A program made the position numbers and the translations under genes. A stretch of DNA of 64,000 nt from Kiritimatiellia bacterium (lineage in GTDB: Bacteria; Verrucomicrobiota; Kiritimatiellia; RFP12; UBA1067), in the NCBI GenBank assembly GCA_045617985.1, contig JAZLJP010000010.1, positions 9,961 to 73,960 on the forward strand. The letters run 5' to 3'. Shown here in pieces: positions 27,602 to 37,697 of this stretch. The notes beneath the pieces are model-generated. The model ran no database searches and was not told the origin of the DNA. It worked only from the letters and a program-made list of their open reading frames with translations. The first letter of the stretch is position 1. Every line of letters begins with the position of its first letter.

Positions 27602-29740
27602 TCACCGAACGAGCAGCCAGAGATAACCATTTGCGGGAATTGTCAAGGTGACATGCGCCTTTTGGGCGGCGTCAAGCGGCGTCTCAATCGGGTTGCCGCC
27701 GTTCACCGAAACCATCGCCCGTTTTTTGAGTCCGGCGTAGTAGAGCGGCACGGCGATCTTCCGGGTCATTTCCTGATCCGTCGGATTGAAAAAGAACGCA
27801 AGCGCCTTTTCCTCGCCCTGGGCATCGACCAACACCCAACCGTCCCAGTCGCGTCCATCGGCGCGGCGCAGATGGATGAAGTCACCCGTCAACACCCGAC
27901 GATGGTCCTTGAAAAACTTCACCCACTTGCGGACCACCGCCAGCGTCTCGGGCGAATCGAACAGCCGCGGACCGCGCAGCAACGACTGCACACCCGCGCC
28001 GAACGTATCGGCAAAACGCCGGTCGTAATGTGCGAGATTTTCGCGCAACGGTTCCACGATCGAATCCTTGCCGCCATTGTGGTAGTTCGAAAGCGGAACG
28101 AACATCCAGCCCATGGAGGTGGACTTGTTCCAGGTGCCGTTGTAGATGTTCTGCCGTTCGATGATCGTCTGGCATTCGCGCGGCAAGGTCCAGTTGGTCT
28201 CCCTGTAGCCCATGCCGGTTTTATTGCCGCCAACGAGGAAATACCAGTCGGGCTGGTTCACGTAGATGCCCCGCGCCCGGCAGAAATGATAGAGATCCGC
28301 CTGCGCATGCCATTGGACCCAATAGGAATTGCCCGCCGTGGTGTGGCCGGGATGGTTCGTGGCCGAACAGAAATCCCCCGGATAGGGGCCGTCGTTCTCG
28401 AACACCCCGAAGCCGGCTTCGTCCATGAAAGATTTGAGATTTTCAATGTACTGCTTTCCCCAAACCGAACCGAGGCACGGACCTCTGTCGAAGAGGCACT
28501 TTCCCTTCACGTTGTCGGCAAGTGTGCCGGCATTCCGGGAAGACGTGAGCGAATAACCGCCGATGACCACGTTCTTCGCTTTCGCTTCATCAGCAATCTC
28601 ACGGTAAGTCGCGCGATAGGCAGGATCCGTCGACTCCAGATTGAACCGCGTGCCAAAGCTGATGATCATCGCCTCGAACCCCGTTTCCGCGCATTGCCGC
28701 ACGCCCTCGCGCACGCTCTGCGGCGTCGCCTTCTGCTTGAGGTGGAACAGGAGCGGATTCTCGTCCGTCCACGGCGCCAGCGTGCGATAAGCCCGGCGAA
28801 TCGCCAAACTCCGGCGTTCGCGGTCGCCGGAATCGTGGAGGAGGAGCCAGCTGCGGAAACACTCGACCGGCTCCTTGCCCGAAAGCCGCACGTCCACGTT
28901 GCATCCGGGAGAGAACTTCAACGTCATGATCCCCTCGTAGAAGTAGGGGCGCTGCGTCTTGTAATCGGGTTCCTTACAGAACTGGTAGCCGATCCGTTCT
29001 CCACCTCCGCAGACGTCTTCGACGATGGGCGTAAAGTTCTCCTGAACATCTCCAGCGAACGAAAAGAGAATGTCGGAATACTCCACGAAACGAATCTCGT
29101 CCGTCACGAAGGTCGTGAGCGTGCAGTCTCGCCCCGAGCGGTTCTCCACCGTCAACCACTTTGAAAAGAGCGGTACGCCGTCGTAGATCTCGTAGTGGAT
29201 CGTCACGAGCGGCAACCCCGGTTTCTGCGGCGCGTAGTGCATCATCAGGTGGCGTCCCTTCGGCGGCCAAGGGAGGTCGCGGCCCATCCATTCGCGGTGC
29301 AACTTGCAGGGGAACCGAGCCTCGATGGGTCCCTGCTCAGCATTCACATACGCGTATGCATTGGTGAGCGGTTCCATCTTGGCCAGCCACTCGGTCTTCA
29401 GATAGTTGAGAATCGGCTGTCCCGAAAGGCCACCGACCGCATGCCGCTGCCCGTCGATCGTAACGCTTGCTTCCGGCGAAACGGCGCGAAGATGTTCGTC
29501 GCCCGTCTGAAGATTCCGGATGGACACCGTGGCCGGAGCCGGTTTCAGCGCAATCGTACGGCTCACGAGGCCATTTTCCAGCACCACCCGGTCGTCCGAA
29601 AATGCGATCTTCGCCGCATAGGGTTCAGGATCCAGCAACCAGTCGGTCGCCCCCTCTTCAAGATTAGCACCTTTGGCGATTCCACAACTCGCGATGAAAA
29701 CGCAAATTGCAATCTTTACCATCATTCGCAAATCTTTCAT
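27602..29740 (-). CDS. Secreted alpha-galactosidase-like glycoside hydrolase (GH36/GH27-like TIM barrel)
   Basis: Signal peptide; LENGLVSR, FENDGPYPG, YVNQPDWYF..G, C-terminal FNPT...VPLYYAGL; exact start uncertain (29758/29740/29725). Confidence 0.7.
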   Translation of the reverse strand: MKDLRMMVKIAICVFIASCGIAKGANLEEGATDWLLDPEPYAAKIAFSDDRVVLENGLVSRTIALKPAPATVSIRNLQTGDEHLRAVSPEASVTIDGQRHAVGGLSGQPILNYLKTEWLAKMEPLTNAYAYVNAEQGPIEARFPCKLHREWMGRDLPWPPKGRHLMMHYAPQKPGLPLVTIHYEIYDGVPLFSKWLTVENRSGRDCTLTTFVTDEIRFVEYSDILFSFAGDVQENFTPIVEDVCGGGERIGYQFCKEPDYKTQRPYFYEGIMTLKFSPGCNVDVRLSGKEPVECFRSWLLLHDSGDRERRSLAIRRAYRTLAPWTDENPLLFHLKQKATPQSVREGVRQCAETGFEAMIISFGTRFNLESTDPAYRATYREIADEAKAKNVVIGGYSLTSSRNAGTLADNVKGKCLFDRGPCLGSVWGKQYIENLKSFMDEAGFGVFENDGPYPGDFCSATNHPGHTTAGNSYWVQWHAQADLYHFCRARGIYVNQPDWYFLVGGNKTGMGYRETNWTLPRECQTIIERQNIYNGTWNKSTSMGWMFVPLSNYHNGGKDSIVEPLRENLAHYDRRFADTFGAGVQSLLRGPRLFDSPETLAVVRKWVKFFKDHRRVLTGDFIHLRRADGRDWDGWVLVDAQGEEKALAFFFNPTDQEMTRKIAVPLYYAGLKKRAMVSVNGGNPIETPLDAAQKAHVTLTIPANGYLWLLVR

Positions 29741-29819
29741 TTCACATTCCATTAGCATCCCATTCGCCCACTGCGTTCGCGACCGGGATTAAAGTTCAAC
29801 ATTGCATCCGATAGTGATT

Positions 29820-30263
29820 TCCTGCAGCCTACAGGATTATGAAAACGCCACCTCCAGATACAACGAAGACAGTATACACCATCTTCCGACAGATAGTCAA
29901 CCCCATTCCGCCGAATATTTTCCGCGCATGCCATTCCCTTTCTCACTCGCCCATCGGATGGCGGTTGCCATGAAGCTTGAAACCCACGGGGGCGTTGCTC
30001 AAATGCCAATGCTTGTAATAGCTGTTCAACATCGAATTCCATTCATACTCATACCACACGGCATATGCCCTGCCCAACATCTCATCCGTTGCACCTTTCG
30101 CCTTCAGCCATTCTATTGCACTTCGATAATCATCTCCATGAATGAACTTGAACATCTCACGGTCGACATAGACATCTCATTCCGCCTGGGTCATCTGCGA
30201 TTTTTCCGCAAATGTCACGCCAGCCGTCGCCACCGCCAACAAAAACAACACGAAACGCTTCAT
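29820..30263 (-). pseudogene. Exported hypothetical protein interrupted by in-frame TGA
   Basis: AAGGAG SD, ATG 30263 MKRFVLFLLAVATAGVTFAEKSQMTQAE-TGA(30177-30179)-DVYVDREMFKFIHG... continuing in frame to another TGA at 29943-29945; 3' end uncertain. Confidence 0.6.
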
Positions 30264-30284
30264 CTTCACTCCTTTTCCCCACTT

Positions 30285-30594
30285 TCAACGATCGGCATTT
30301 TTTGCCGTCAGTTCCTCGTACATTTTGAAAAGTTTCGCGACGATTTCACTTTCGGTCGCGTTGGCGCTGAAACCGTAGGCGGCAAGTACCACCAAGTCGT
30401 TCGCCTGATGCGCCTTACGCAGTTCGATCGGCATTGTCAATGGATCATAGAGATCGGCCAACGAAGAATCGGGATAAAGCCGGCCACGGGAAGTTGTTGT
30501 AGACGATGTTGATGGAGTAGCTGTAGTCGGATTTCAAACGGCAGCAAACGACCCGCATCCAAGCCATGTGAACAGAAGAATTCAACACACCGAA
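30285..30594 (-). pseudogene. C-terminal remnant of MmeI-like (Type IIL) restriction-modification gene
   Basis: FGVLNSSVHMAWMRVVCCRLKSDYSYSINIVYNNFPWP then, after a frameshift, LYPDSSLADLYDPLTMPIELRKAHQANDLVVLAAYGF...ESEIVAKLFKMYEELT. Confidence 0.88.
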
Positions 30595-30684
30595 GCGGCT
30601 TTTTTCTGTTCCTTCGCCGTCATTTCTTATCACCCACCAATCCCAATGTTCAGAATCACAGGACTTCGCTCGCCACCAGGCACT

Positions 30685-33684
30685 TCATTCGACAAAGCCG
30701 CAGTCGCCCCAGTCGCCGTGGTCGGACTTGTCGTTGTCGCCGGCATCGGTCACCACGAACTTGATCTGCATCACGCCATCGGGAATCGCGACGTCAAAAT
30801 GCCACTCTTCCGTGCCGCCGAAGCGGACGACCGGCGAGGTGGCAAGTTCGCTCTCGCCGCCCGGATGGAGACCGATGATTTTGAAGACCGCGCTCGACTG
30901 GTCTTTGTCTCGTTCATGTTCGTCGATGCCCACCACCGCCACCACGCGCTTCCACTCGGGCTTGCGCGCGAACACGGCCTCGCCATTCGCGTGGATGGCC
31001 ATGCCGCCTTTATATTTCTTCTTGCCGATCTGAATGACGCCGTCATAGCCCCTCCCGAGGCGAATGCCATTACCCCAGCCCGAACGCTGCGAGAGCGGCT
31101 TCAAGGTTTCGATGCGCACCGTCGGGGGCGGCGGCACAGGCCCCGGCTTCACCGCCGGCGCATCGCGCGGCTCCGTGCTCGGGCGCTCCACCACGCCCTT
31201 CCCGAGCGGTTTAAGCCCCTTTCCCTGAACAGGCGCGCCAAAACGCGCCGCCCAGCGAATCGGCCGCGCGACAGGCGTCGTGAACGCCAAACGCACCGTA
31301 CCGTTCGTTTCTGTCACGGCCACCTTTACGCCGGATGCCACATCTTCCGCAGAAACGCTCGCGGCAACAAACGGCATCACCGTTCCATCCGGCAGATCGT
31401 TCGCGAGAACTACGCTTTCGGTTGTTTTGGCGGCAAGATGCTTCGCCACTCCCGAGAGGGTGCGCGAGGCGGCATTCCAGGTTTCGTCCGCCACGTCCAT
31501 CCAGCCCTGAAGCAGATGGCGCGTGGTCGAAACAACCTGCGGATGGTTCGCGGCGCGCGTAACGCGGAACATTTCGCACTCCATCCTGCCAAGTTTCATC
31601 GCAAGCGTATCGCCCGCACCGAGGATGCCGAAATAGAGATCGTCCCAGAACGAATGGACGCGCCACTTCGATGCAGGGTCGAGCCCGAGCGCCCCGGCCG
31701 TTGCACGATCGCCGCACAACGCCGCCTTCACGACGTCCCGCCGATTTTCGGGGTTGAAGAACATGACTTCATGCCAATCCTTCGTGAGTTCAAGATCGTA
31801 CACGCGCGGATTCACCGTGCCCGGCACAAAGGCATCGATCGGACGCGCCGCGAACGGTTCGCGGTATTCGGGATAGAGACGCGAAAGATCGCGCGTCATC
31901 TCGGGGGTGAAGAGACGGAAGCTCGTCGCGAGCTCCAGACGTCCGCTCGTGAGGTAGACCGTGGTCAGCAGCGAACGGCGCACGTTCGCGTTGATCCCGT
32001 GGATCGCCTTCGAATCGGGATAGTAGTTGAACACCGTACGCATCTTGAACCACCTGAGGCCATCCGTCGTGATCATACGCGGATCGAACTTGTTCGAGTC
32101 GCTCCACGTGCGCTGGGTATCGACAATGCCCGCCGTCGCATCGAGGCAGGGGCGGCCGCTCTCGCCGAGGTTGCGCTCGTCGAGGAACGCCTCCTTGCCG
32201 AGTCCTTCACGCGCGAGCGCGAAGTATTTACGATACACCTGCACGGCACTCGCGTGGATGTCGTCAAAGCCGCCCTCCATGCGGTAGCCGGTTTCGGGAT
32301 AATCGAACTTGATGCCGCACATGCCGTCTTTGCGCAGGCGCTTCCACATCGTGAGCATGTGGTCGGCCATACGTGGATCGGTCATGTCGTAGCTCACAAA
32401 CGGCTGATGGTGCATGTGCTTCTTTTCCGTGCCCTCGCAGGAGTTGAAGAGCATCCAATCGGAATGAAGCCGCTCGAAGTCATGGCTCGGCATGCCCACC
32501 TGGAAGTAGGTGTAGGGAATGCCATGGCGTTCCTTCAACGCGGCGCACCACTTGGCGAACGTCTCGTAGGGCGCACGGAGATGCCCGAACTTCGACCAGT
32601 GCGCGTCGTCATACCAGCCCTGCTCCGTGTTGCCGTTCGCGCCGTAGCAATAGGAATCGGGCTCGAGGCGCACGCCCACCTTGGAATACTGCGTGAAGCC
32701 CTTCTCGTTGGCAAGGTCGAGTTCATGAACGAGCGCCGGCGAATTGTTGATGTTGCCGAGATGGCTCAATGCCCCCACCGCCCAACCACAGAGGAGCGGG
32801 AAGTCGTAGACATTTGGATCGCAGCCATTCACCAAACGCATCGCACGCCCGTAGGTTTCGGCGGAAACGAAGGGATCATCGGTCACGGCATCGATGTAGA
32901 ACGTGTCGTGCGCAAAGAGAACATCGCTCGGCGGGTCGAGCAGTACGCCCACTTCGTCCTTCGCATAAAGCGTGAGCGCGCCTTCAACAAGTTCGGCGTA
33001 CTTGCCGAAGGCGTCGTACTGCAGGCCGCCCGCCACAAGCGTTGCGCGCTTGCCGTCCACAAGCCCCGTCACGAGCACGCCGTTCGCGCTACAGCGCGTA
33101 AGGCCGCCGAGGAGATGCGCAGGTTCGGCACCGGCGGCATGGTTGATCGTACGGACGTCTTTCAGTTTTGCCTGCGCTTCGGGAAGCCAGCGGCCGCCCC
33201 GAAGAACCGTCGCCTCGCGCAGACGATGGCGATACCATTTGGGCGTCTTCATGCCGAAGGACGCGACAAGCGCCGGATTATCGTCATAAAGCGTATAGGT
33301 GAAGACGGGGCTGGGACCATTCAGGCTGTGCGCATGCTGATACCCGGCATCGTAGAATCCCCAGCGCGCGCCAATCGAATCGTCCCGCACGGTAAAGGTG
33401 AGGCGCACACCGGAGCCGAGGACATCCCTGACGGCGCTTTCCGCCACGGAGAAATGCGCCCCCTTAAGCGCGCTCGTCGCCCCCACGCCCGCATCCGCAA
33501 GGCGCACCACGCCTTTCGCATCGCGAATCGTGAAGGTGCCCTTCGCCTCGTCAAAGGCCACGCTCACCACGCCGTTCGCGAGCGTCACGCCCCCCTTCTC
33601 CTTCTTTACGACCGCCTTTGCCGCAAGCGAATCAAGTGCCATCAACAATACGCTCGAAAGAATCAACAACCGTTTCATCTTCAT
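30685..33684 (-). CDS. Secreted glycoside hydrolase (GH27/36-like) with C-terminal NPCBM/NEW2 module
   Basis: Signal peptide; GIKFDY nucleophile-like motif; C-terminal GMAIHAN...VVGIDE...VTDAGDNDKSDHGDWGD. Confidence 0.78.
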   Translation of the reverse strand: MKMKRLLILSSVLLMALDSLAAKAVVKKEKGGVTLANGVVSVAFDEAKGTFTIRDAKGVVRLADAGVGATSALKGAHFSVAESAVRDVLGSGVRLTFTVRDDSIGARWGFYDAGYQHAHSLNGPSPVFTYTLYDDNPALVASFGMKTPKWYRHRLREATVLRGGRWLPEAQAKLKDVRTINHAAGAEPAHLLGGLTRCSANGVLVTGLVDGKRATLVAGGLQYDAFGKYAELVEGALTLYAKDEVGVLLDPPSDVLFAHDTFYIDAVTDDPFVSAETYGRAMRLVNGCDPNVYDFPLLCGWAVGALSHLGNINNSPALVHELDLANEKGFTQYSKVGVRLEPDSYCYGANGNTEQGWYDDAHWSKFGHLRAPYETFAKWCAALKERHGIPYTYFQVGMPSHDFERLHSDWMLFNSCEGTEKKHMHHQPFVSYDMTDPRMADHMLTMWKRLRKDGMCGIKFDYPETGYRMEGGFDDIHASAVQVYRKYFALAREGLGKEAFLDERNLGESGRPCLDATAGIVDTQRTWSDSNKFDPRMITTDGLRWFKMRTVFNYYPDSKAIHGINANVRRSLLTTVYLTSGRLELATSFRLFTPEMTRDLSRLYPEYREPFAARPIDAFVPGTVNPRVYDLELTKDWHEVMFFNPENRRDVVKAALCGDRATAGALGLDPASKWRVHSFWDDLYFGILGAGDTLAMKLGRMECEMFRVTRAANHPQVVSTTRHLLQGWMDVADETWNAASRTLSGVAKHLAAKTTESVVLANDLPDGTVMPFVAASVSAEDVASGVKVAVTETNGTVRLAFTTPVARPIRWAARFGAPVQGKGLKPLGKGVVERPSTEPRDAPAVKPGPVPPPPTVRIETLKPLSQRSGWGNGIRLGRGYDGVIQIGKKKYKGGMAIHANGEAVFARKPEWKRVVAVVGIDEHERDKDQSSAVFKIIGLHPGGESELATSPVVRFGGTEEWHFDVAIPDGVMQIKFVVTDAGDNDKSDHGDWGDCGFVE

Positions 33685-33699
33685 TCCCTTTCTTTAACG

Positions 33700-34899
33700 T
33701 TAAATTCCGGCCACCGTTTTCCGGCCTCTCCACCCCTGCCAAAACTCCCGACCGATCAGCGCGAGAAACGCGAGGTTCGCGAGGGGATGATTGAGGCAGC
33801 CCGCGCCAAACGGAATTTGGAGCGGCGAGAGAAACACAAACCAACACGCCGCCTCGAAAACGGAGAGCCCCTCCTTGGCACGAAAAGCGAGAACGGGCAG
33901 GAGATAGAGCCCCGTATAGATGTGCATGTTCCCCGGAACAAGCAACACCCCCGCGCCCGCAAGGAGCCAAAGGCCGGCAATGCCGCCGCGCCCCCGGAGA
34001 GACCGCACCACGCCGGCGAGCAGGCACGCCCCGCCCACGACGACATTCACGAAGCGTGCAAGAGACAGCGACGGCCACGGCGCAGAGACGTCAAGGTGAT
34101 GCATCACCCGCCAGGTACGCACAATCGGCACCGCGCCCCACGCGCCCCGATGCACGTAGGCCTGCGCATTCGCCCGCGCATTCGAAAGCCAATGCGTGAA
34201 ACCCTCCCACCCGCCATACCAGGCGAAGGGAACGAAAAAGAGAAGAAGGCCCGCACCGGCAAACCACGCAAAATCAACGAGGACGCGCCGCCGATCGGCC
34301 CCCGGCGCGCAGAATTGCGCAAGATAGACAACGCCAAAGGCCGCCGGCGTAATCTTCAGCGCAACCGCCGCCGCCAAACAACAGGCCGCCACGCGCCGGC
34401 ACACGACCGACGGCGCATCGAACCACGCGGCAAAGAGCGTTACCCCCGCAGCCGCATAGACGATCTGGTTTCCCCATTCAACGACATGGAGCATGATCGA
34501 CGAAAGGAGAAGGCCAACGAGTCCGCATGCGATTTCCCCCTTCGGGCGTGCGCGCCGCCTGAGCAGCTCGCCGAAGGCCCCCGCCCACAGGAAAATCCCG
34601 AAGAACGTAAAGACCGCGCCGCCGGCGGGCGAGTTCGGAAACGGACGCGCCAAGGTGGGCCCCAGAGCCGGATAGCACGCATCGTAGGCGGGAAGCTTAT
34701 CGCTCGCGTAACCGTATTCGGCACACGTCCGCGTAGTCGTAAAATCGGCAAAGAAGCTGCGGCCCCGTTCGAAGAAAACACGCGCTGAAACACCCTTCGG
34801 GTTGATTGCGAAAAGCGCGCCCCAGAGAAGCCCCGCACACGCGAGCGCCACGGCCAACGCCGCCGCGGGACGTTTCAAGATCCGAAGAACAACCGTCAT
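33700..34899 (-). CDS. GT-C membrane glycosyltransferase (GT87 / DUF2029-like)
   Basis: Multi-TM; FADF, YPAL, EWGNQ, ALKITPA motifs. Confidence 0.72.
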   Translation of the reverse strand: MTVVLRILKRPAAALAVALACAGLLWGALFAINPKGVSARVFFERGRSFFADFTTTRTCAEYGYASDKLPAYDACYPALGPTLARPFPNSPAGGAVFTFFGIFLWAGAFGELLRRRARPKGEIACGLVGLLLSSIMLHVVEWGNQIVYAAAGVTLFAAWFDAPSVVCRRVAACCLAAAVALKITPAAFGVVYLAQFCAPGADRRRVLVDFAWFAGAGLLLFFVPFAWYGGWEGFTHWLSNARANAQAYVHRGAWGAVPIVRTWRVMHHLDVSAPWPSLSLARFVNVVVGGACLLAGVVRSLRGRGGIAGLWLLAGAGVLLVPGNMHIYTGLYLLPVLAFRAKEGLSVFEAACWFVFLSPLQIPFGAGCLNHPLANLAFLALIGREFWQGWRGRKTVAGI

Positions 34900-35657
34900 G
34901 CGTCGCGTCCCTCACTTTCCGCGATGATCGCCTCCCGCAAGAGACGGACCTGTTCGGCAAAGGGCGCACGCGCATAGTCGCGCACAAACCGCACGCCCGG
35001 CTGGGCGGCCCACGCCATCGCCCCATCCGTCACAATCGCACGCCGCGCGTGCATCAACGCTTCAGCGACAACGAACCCGAAATTCTCGCTCAGCGTGGGC
35101 AGAACGAAACAATCGCACCAGTGAAAGGCCGCCTCTTTCGCGTCGCCAAACGCGGCGCTCTCCACACGGGCCTCGACAGCAAGCCCCTTCACCGCCGCCT
35201 CGAGTTGCGCGATTCCCTTCAGAGGATGAAGGCGCCCCAGGTAGAGAACGCGGAACGGGCGCCCCTCGACACGCGCCGGCTCCGGCGGCGGCGGAAAGGC
35301 GAATGCCGCCTTGAGGTCGACCGTCTGGAACGGCCCCTTCACCCCCCATGCACGGCACCACGCCTCCTCCCATGGCCCCGTCACCACGACGCGCGCCGCA
35401 CGCGCGAAAAAAAAACGTTCAATGGGTGCGACGAGACGCTTCTTCCAGGGGCTCTGCCGTTCAAGGTAGATCGGGCTCAAGCTCCCGTGCGTCATCCGCA
35501 CAAGCGTCTTTCCCTCCTTGAGCGCACGCGCGCACGCACACCACACGCGTGGCGTCCACATGCCGTGCACCCACACTTCGTCGGCCGGAATCTCGCCGCG
35601 CGCGCGAAGGAGGTTCTCCGCCACAACCATGCCGTTCGCCTCGGGTTTCGCACTCAT
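34896..35657 (-). CDS. Glycosyltransferase family 4 (short)
   Basis: HGMW, MTHGSL, YLGRLHPLKG, FVLPTLSENFGFVVAEAL; ATG 35657 overlaps the upstream TGA (ATGA). Confidence 0.88.
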   Translation of the reverse strand: MSAKPEANGMVVAENLLRARGEIPADEVWVHGMWTPRVWCACARALKEGKTLVRMTHGSLSPIYLERQSPWKKRLVAPIERFFFARAARVVVTGPWEEAWCRAWGVKGPFQTVDLKAAFAFPPPPEPARVEGRPFRVLYLGRLHPLKGIAQLEAAVKGLAVEARVESAAFGDAKEAAFHWCDCFVLPTLSENFGFVVAEALMHARRAIVTDGAMAWAAQPGVRFVRDYARAPFAEQVRLLREAIIAESEGRDA

Positions 35658-36439
35658 CGCGTTTCCCCCACCTTCGGCCACGCCTGAAGGACGCGGCCTA
35701 GATTTTCGGCCACGGTCATTCCCTCGTACACCATATTGCGAGCGGCCCCGAGCGTTTCGTTCGTAACGAGCCCCTGCCGCGTGTAATACGGCGTAAGGCC
35801 GCGCGCGCGCAGCGCCGCATCGAGGGCGGGCGTGCCGCGGCCAAAGGGATAGGCAAACGCCGTTGGGGGAGAGCCGCACCAGTCCGTCAGCGTCGCCTGC
35901 GCACGATCGATTTCCGCGAGCACTTCGGCCTCGGGACGATGCGGGCAGCTGAGATGGCTCCACGTGTGGTTGCCGATGCGAATGAGCGGATGCCGCGCGA
36001 GCGCGCGCACCTCATCGGGCGTGAGAAGCGTGCGCGGGGAGGCGGGATACGCATCGCACTGCGCGTAACGCGCCTCGGCGGGAAGGCGATACCAGGGATG
36101 CCACGTCTCATCGGGAACGCCCGAGAGCATGAGCGCATTCGTCCACACAACGCCACGCTCCGTTTCCCCTGGCGCGATGAACACCGTGGCGGGCTGGTGG
36201 AAAGATTCCAAAACGGGTAGCGTTGCCTGGAGCTCGCGCCATCCGTCGTCAAAAGTCACTTCGAGATCAAGCCCCTTGAGCGAGGCCAGAACGGCCCGCA
36301 CCTCTTCCGGCTTAGCCGCATGGAAGACAATCGGAAGGCGCACGCCCGGGGCTCGGCAACGCGCGAACGCACGCCGCCTGGCCCCGACGAGCCGATAGGC
36401 CTGGGCGAGGCACCATCCGATTTCGCGGCGGAAAAGCAT
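35654..36439 (-). CDS. Polysaccharide deacetylase (CE4/NodB)
   Basis: VTFDDG, GNHTWSH, FAYPFG motifs. Confidence 0.9.
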   Translation of the reverse strand: MLFRREIGWCLAQAYRLVGARRRAFARCRAPGVRLPIVFHAAKPEEVRAVLASLKGLDLEVTFDDGWRELQATLPVLESFHQPATVFIAPGETERGVVWTNALMLSGVPDETWHPWYRLPAEARYAQCDAYPASPRTLLTPDEVRALARHPLIRIGNHTWSHLSCPHRPEAEVLAEIDRAQATLTDWCGSPPTAFAYPFGRGTPALDAALRARGLTPYYTRQGLVTNETLGAARNMVYEGMTVAENLGRVLQAWPKVGETR

Positions 36440-36454
36440 GCCGTGCGCCCCCGT

Positions 36455-37558
36455 TTACTTCGCGGGCGAAACGGCCGCCGGGGCCGGCGCGGCCTTCGCC
36501 TGGGCTTCACCCTTCAACTTGCCGCCGTAGCTCATCACGCAGAAGGAGGCCACAAGCACCACCACGCCGAGCGCAAGGCAGGTGCGCGTTTTCGTGCCCG
36601 TGCCCTTCCATTCCTTCATGAAGATGCCGATGATCGTGGAAAAGAGAATCGAGGCCCCCATCACAAGCGCGAAACTGATGTACCCAAGCGAGCCAAGCTG
36701 CGGCTCGCCAGCCTTCTGGCAGGCGAACTGACACGCCCAGATGACGCCCGCAAGCGCTGCGAGCGCGAGCGCCGCAAAATCGCCCTTGAGCATCATCCCG
36801 TAGTCGCCGAAGCTCTGATTCTTCTTGTTCTGCCAGAGGCACCAAATCGCGTTCACCACAAGGCCGCCCCACAACACGGTCACGAGCACCGGCATCCCGC
36901 ACCAGGCCGCCGGCGTTCCCGCCTTCGCCGCCGCCGCTTCCAGCGTGCCGCCGCTCTGCAGGCCGAAGTTCATGCCGGCGGAGGCAATGCCCGAGAAGAG
37001 CGCCACAAGCATGCCCTTCTTGAAGTCGAAATCGGCCACGGCCGCCTTCTTCTGCTCTTCGGAAAGTTCGCCTTCCTTACACTTGCCCGCCAGGCCCACG
37101 AGCGCGATGCCCACGAGCGAACCGACGACGCCCGCAAGCACCACAAGGGCGCCTGTATTCGCTACGAGCTCATGCGCCTTGCCCTGCACGATCGGCGGAA
37201 TGAACGTGCCCGTGGCCGAGCAGAGGCCGCACCCGATCGCAAGCCCAAGGCCAATGCCGAGATAGCGGATCATGAGGCCCCAGGTGAGCCCGCCCAGCCC
37301 CCACAGGGCGCCAAAGCCGATGCACTTCGCGAGCACCGCCGGTTCCGCGCCGCCAATCACGTTGAACGTCTTCGGGCAGGTCGCCAGCGCGAGCAGGAGC
37401 GGGAACACCAGCAAGCCCGCAAGCGCATAGACGAGCCAATAGCTCTCGTACCTCACCTTCTTAATGCCGCGGAACGGCACGGCAAACACGGCGCCGGCGA
37501 AACCGCCGAGCGCGCAAATGAGACCACCGATCAGAGGATTAGTCGCCGCTTCAGTCAT
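36455..37558 (-). CDS. rhaT: L-rhamnose/H+ symporter
   Basis: ESYWLV, GALWGLGGLTWGLMIRYLGIGLG, KKG...SG..SAGMNFG, KEWKG; AAGGAG SD. Confidence 0.88.
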   Translation of the reverse strand: MTEAATNPLIGGLICALGGFAGAVFAVPFRGIKKVRYESYWLVYALAGLLVFPLLLALATCPKTFNVIGGAEPAVLAKCIGFGALWGLGGLTWGLMIRYLGIGLGLAIGCGLCSATGTFIPPIVQGKAHELVANTGALVVLAGVVGSLVGIALVGLAGKCKEGELSEEQKKAAVADFDFKKGMLVALFSGIASAGMNFGLQSGGTLEAAAAKAGTPAAWCGMPVLVTVLWGGLVVNAIWCLWQNKKNQSFGDYGMMLKGDFAALALAALAGVIWACQFACQKAGEPQLGSLGYISFALVMGASILFSTIIGIFMKEWKGTGTKTRTCLALGVVVLVASFCVMSYGGKLKGEAQAKAAPAPAAVSPAK

Positions 37559-37572
37559 TTAAGAATCTCCTT

Positions 37573-37613
37573 TTCAAATCACTTTTGAACGTGAAAACCA
37601 TGCCACTATTATA
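37573..37613 (-). promoter_or_regulatory. rhaT promoter and candidate operator
   Basis: TGCTATAAT (-10 at 37613-37608); inverted repeat TTCAAA-N5-TTTGAA at 37573-37589. Confidence 0.5.
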
Positions 37614-37697
37614 GCAAATTCCCTTCCGCTTTTCTATGGGGGACAGGGCGAATAGAGAAAGGCATACTGTAGATTCCTAAAGAGTCATAAAATCATC

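Noticed and set aside
29943-30179. TGA recoding (Trp, Gly or Sec) in the interrupted exported gene
   Set aside because: TGA is an ordinary stop in gatA, gatC and many other genes here, TGG is used in the same ORF, and no SECIS-like context is evident; a pseudogene is simpler.
30568-34788. 1406-aa plus-strand ORF (also 26039-29164, 39157-42105, 842-2935, 56721-58871, 8224-10245, 48974-50944)
   Set aside because: Antisense shadows of well-supported minus-strand genes; Arg/His-rich, no motifs, expected in high-GC DNA.
35658-35963. Long N-terminal extension of the GT4 ORF (similarly 47875-48144, 11712-11858, 27551-27598, 43741-43776)
   Set aside because: The extensions overlap upstream genes or promoter regions; better internal starts have SD, stop/start overlap or signal peptides.
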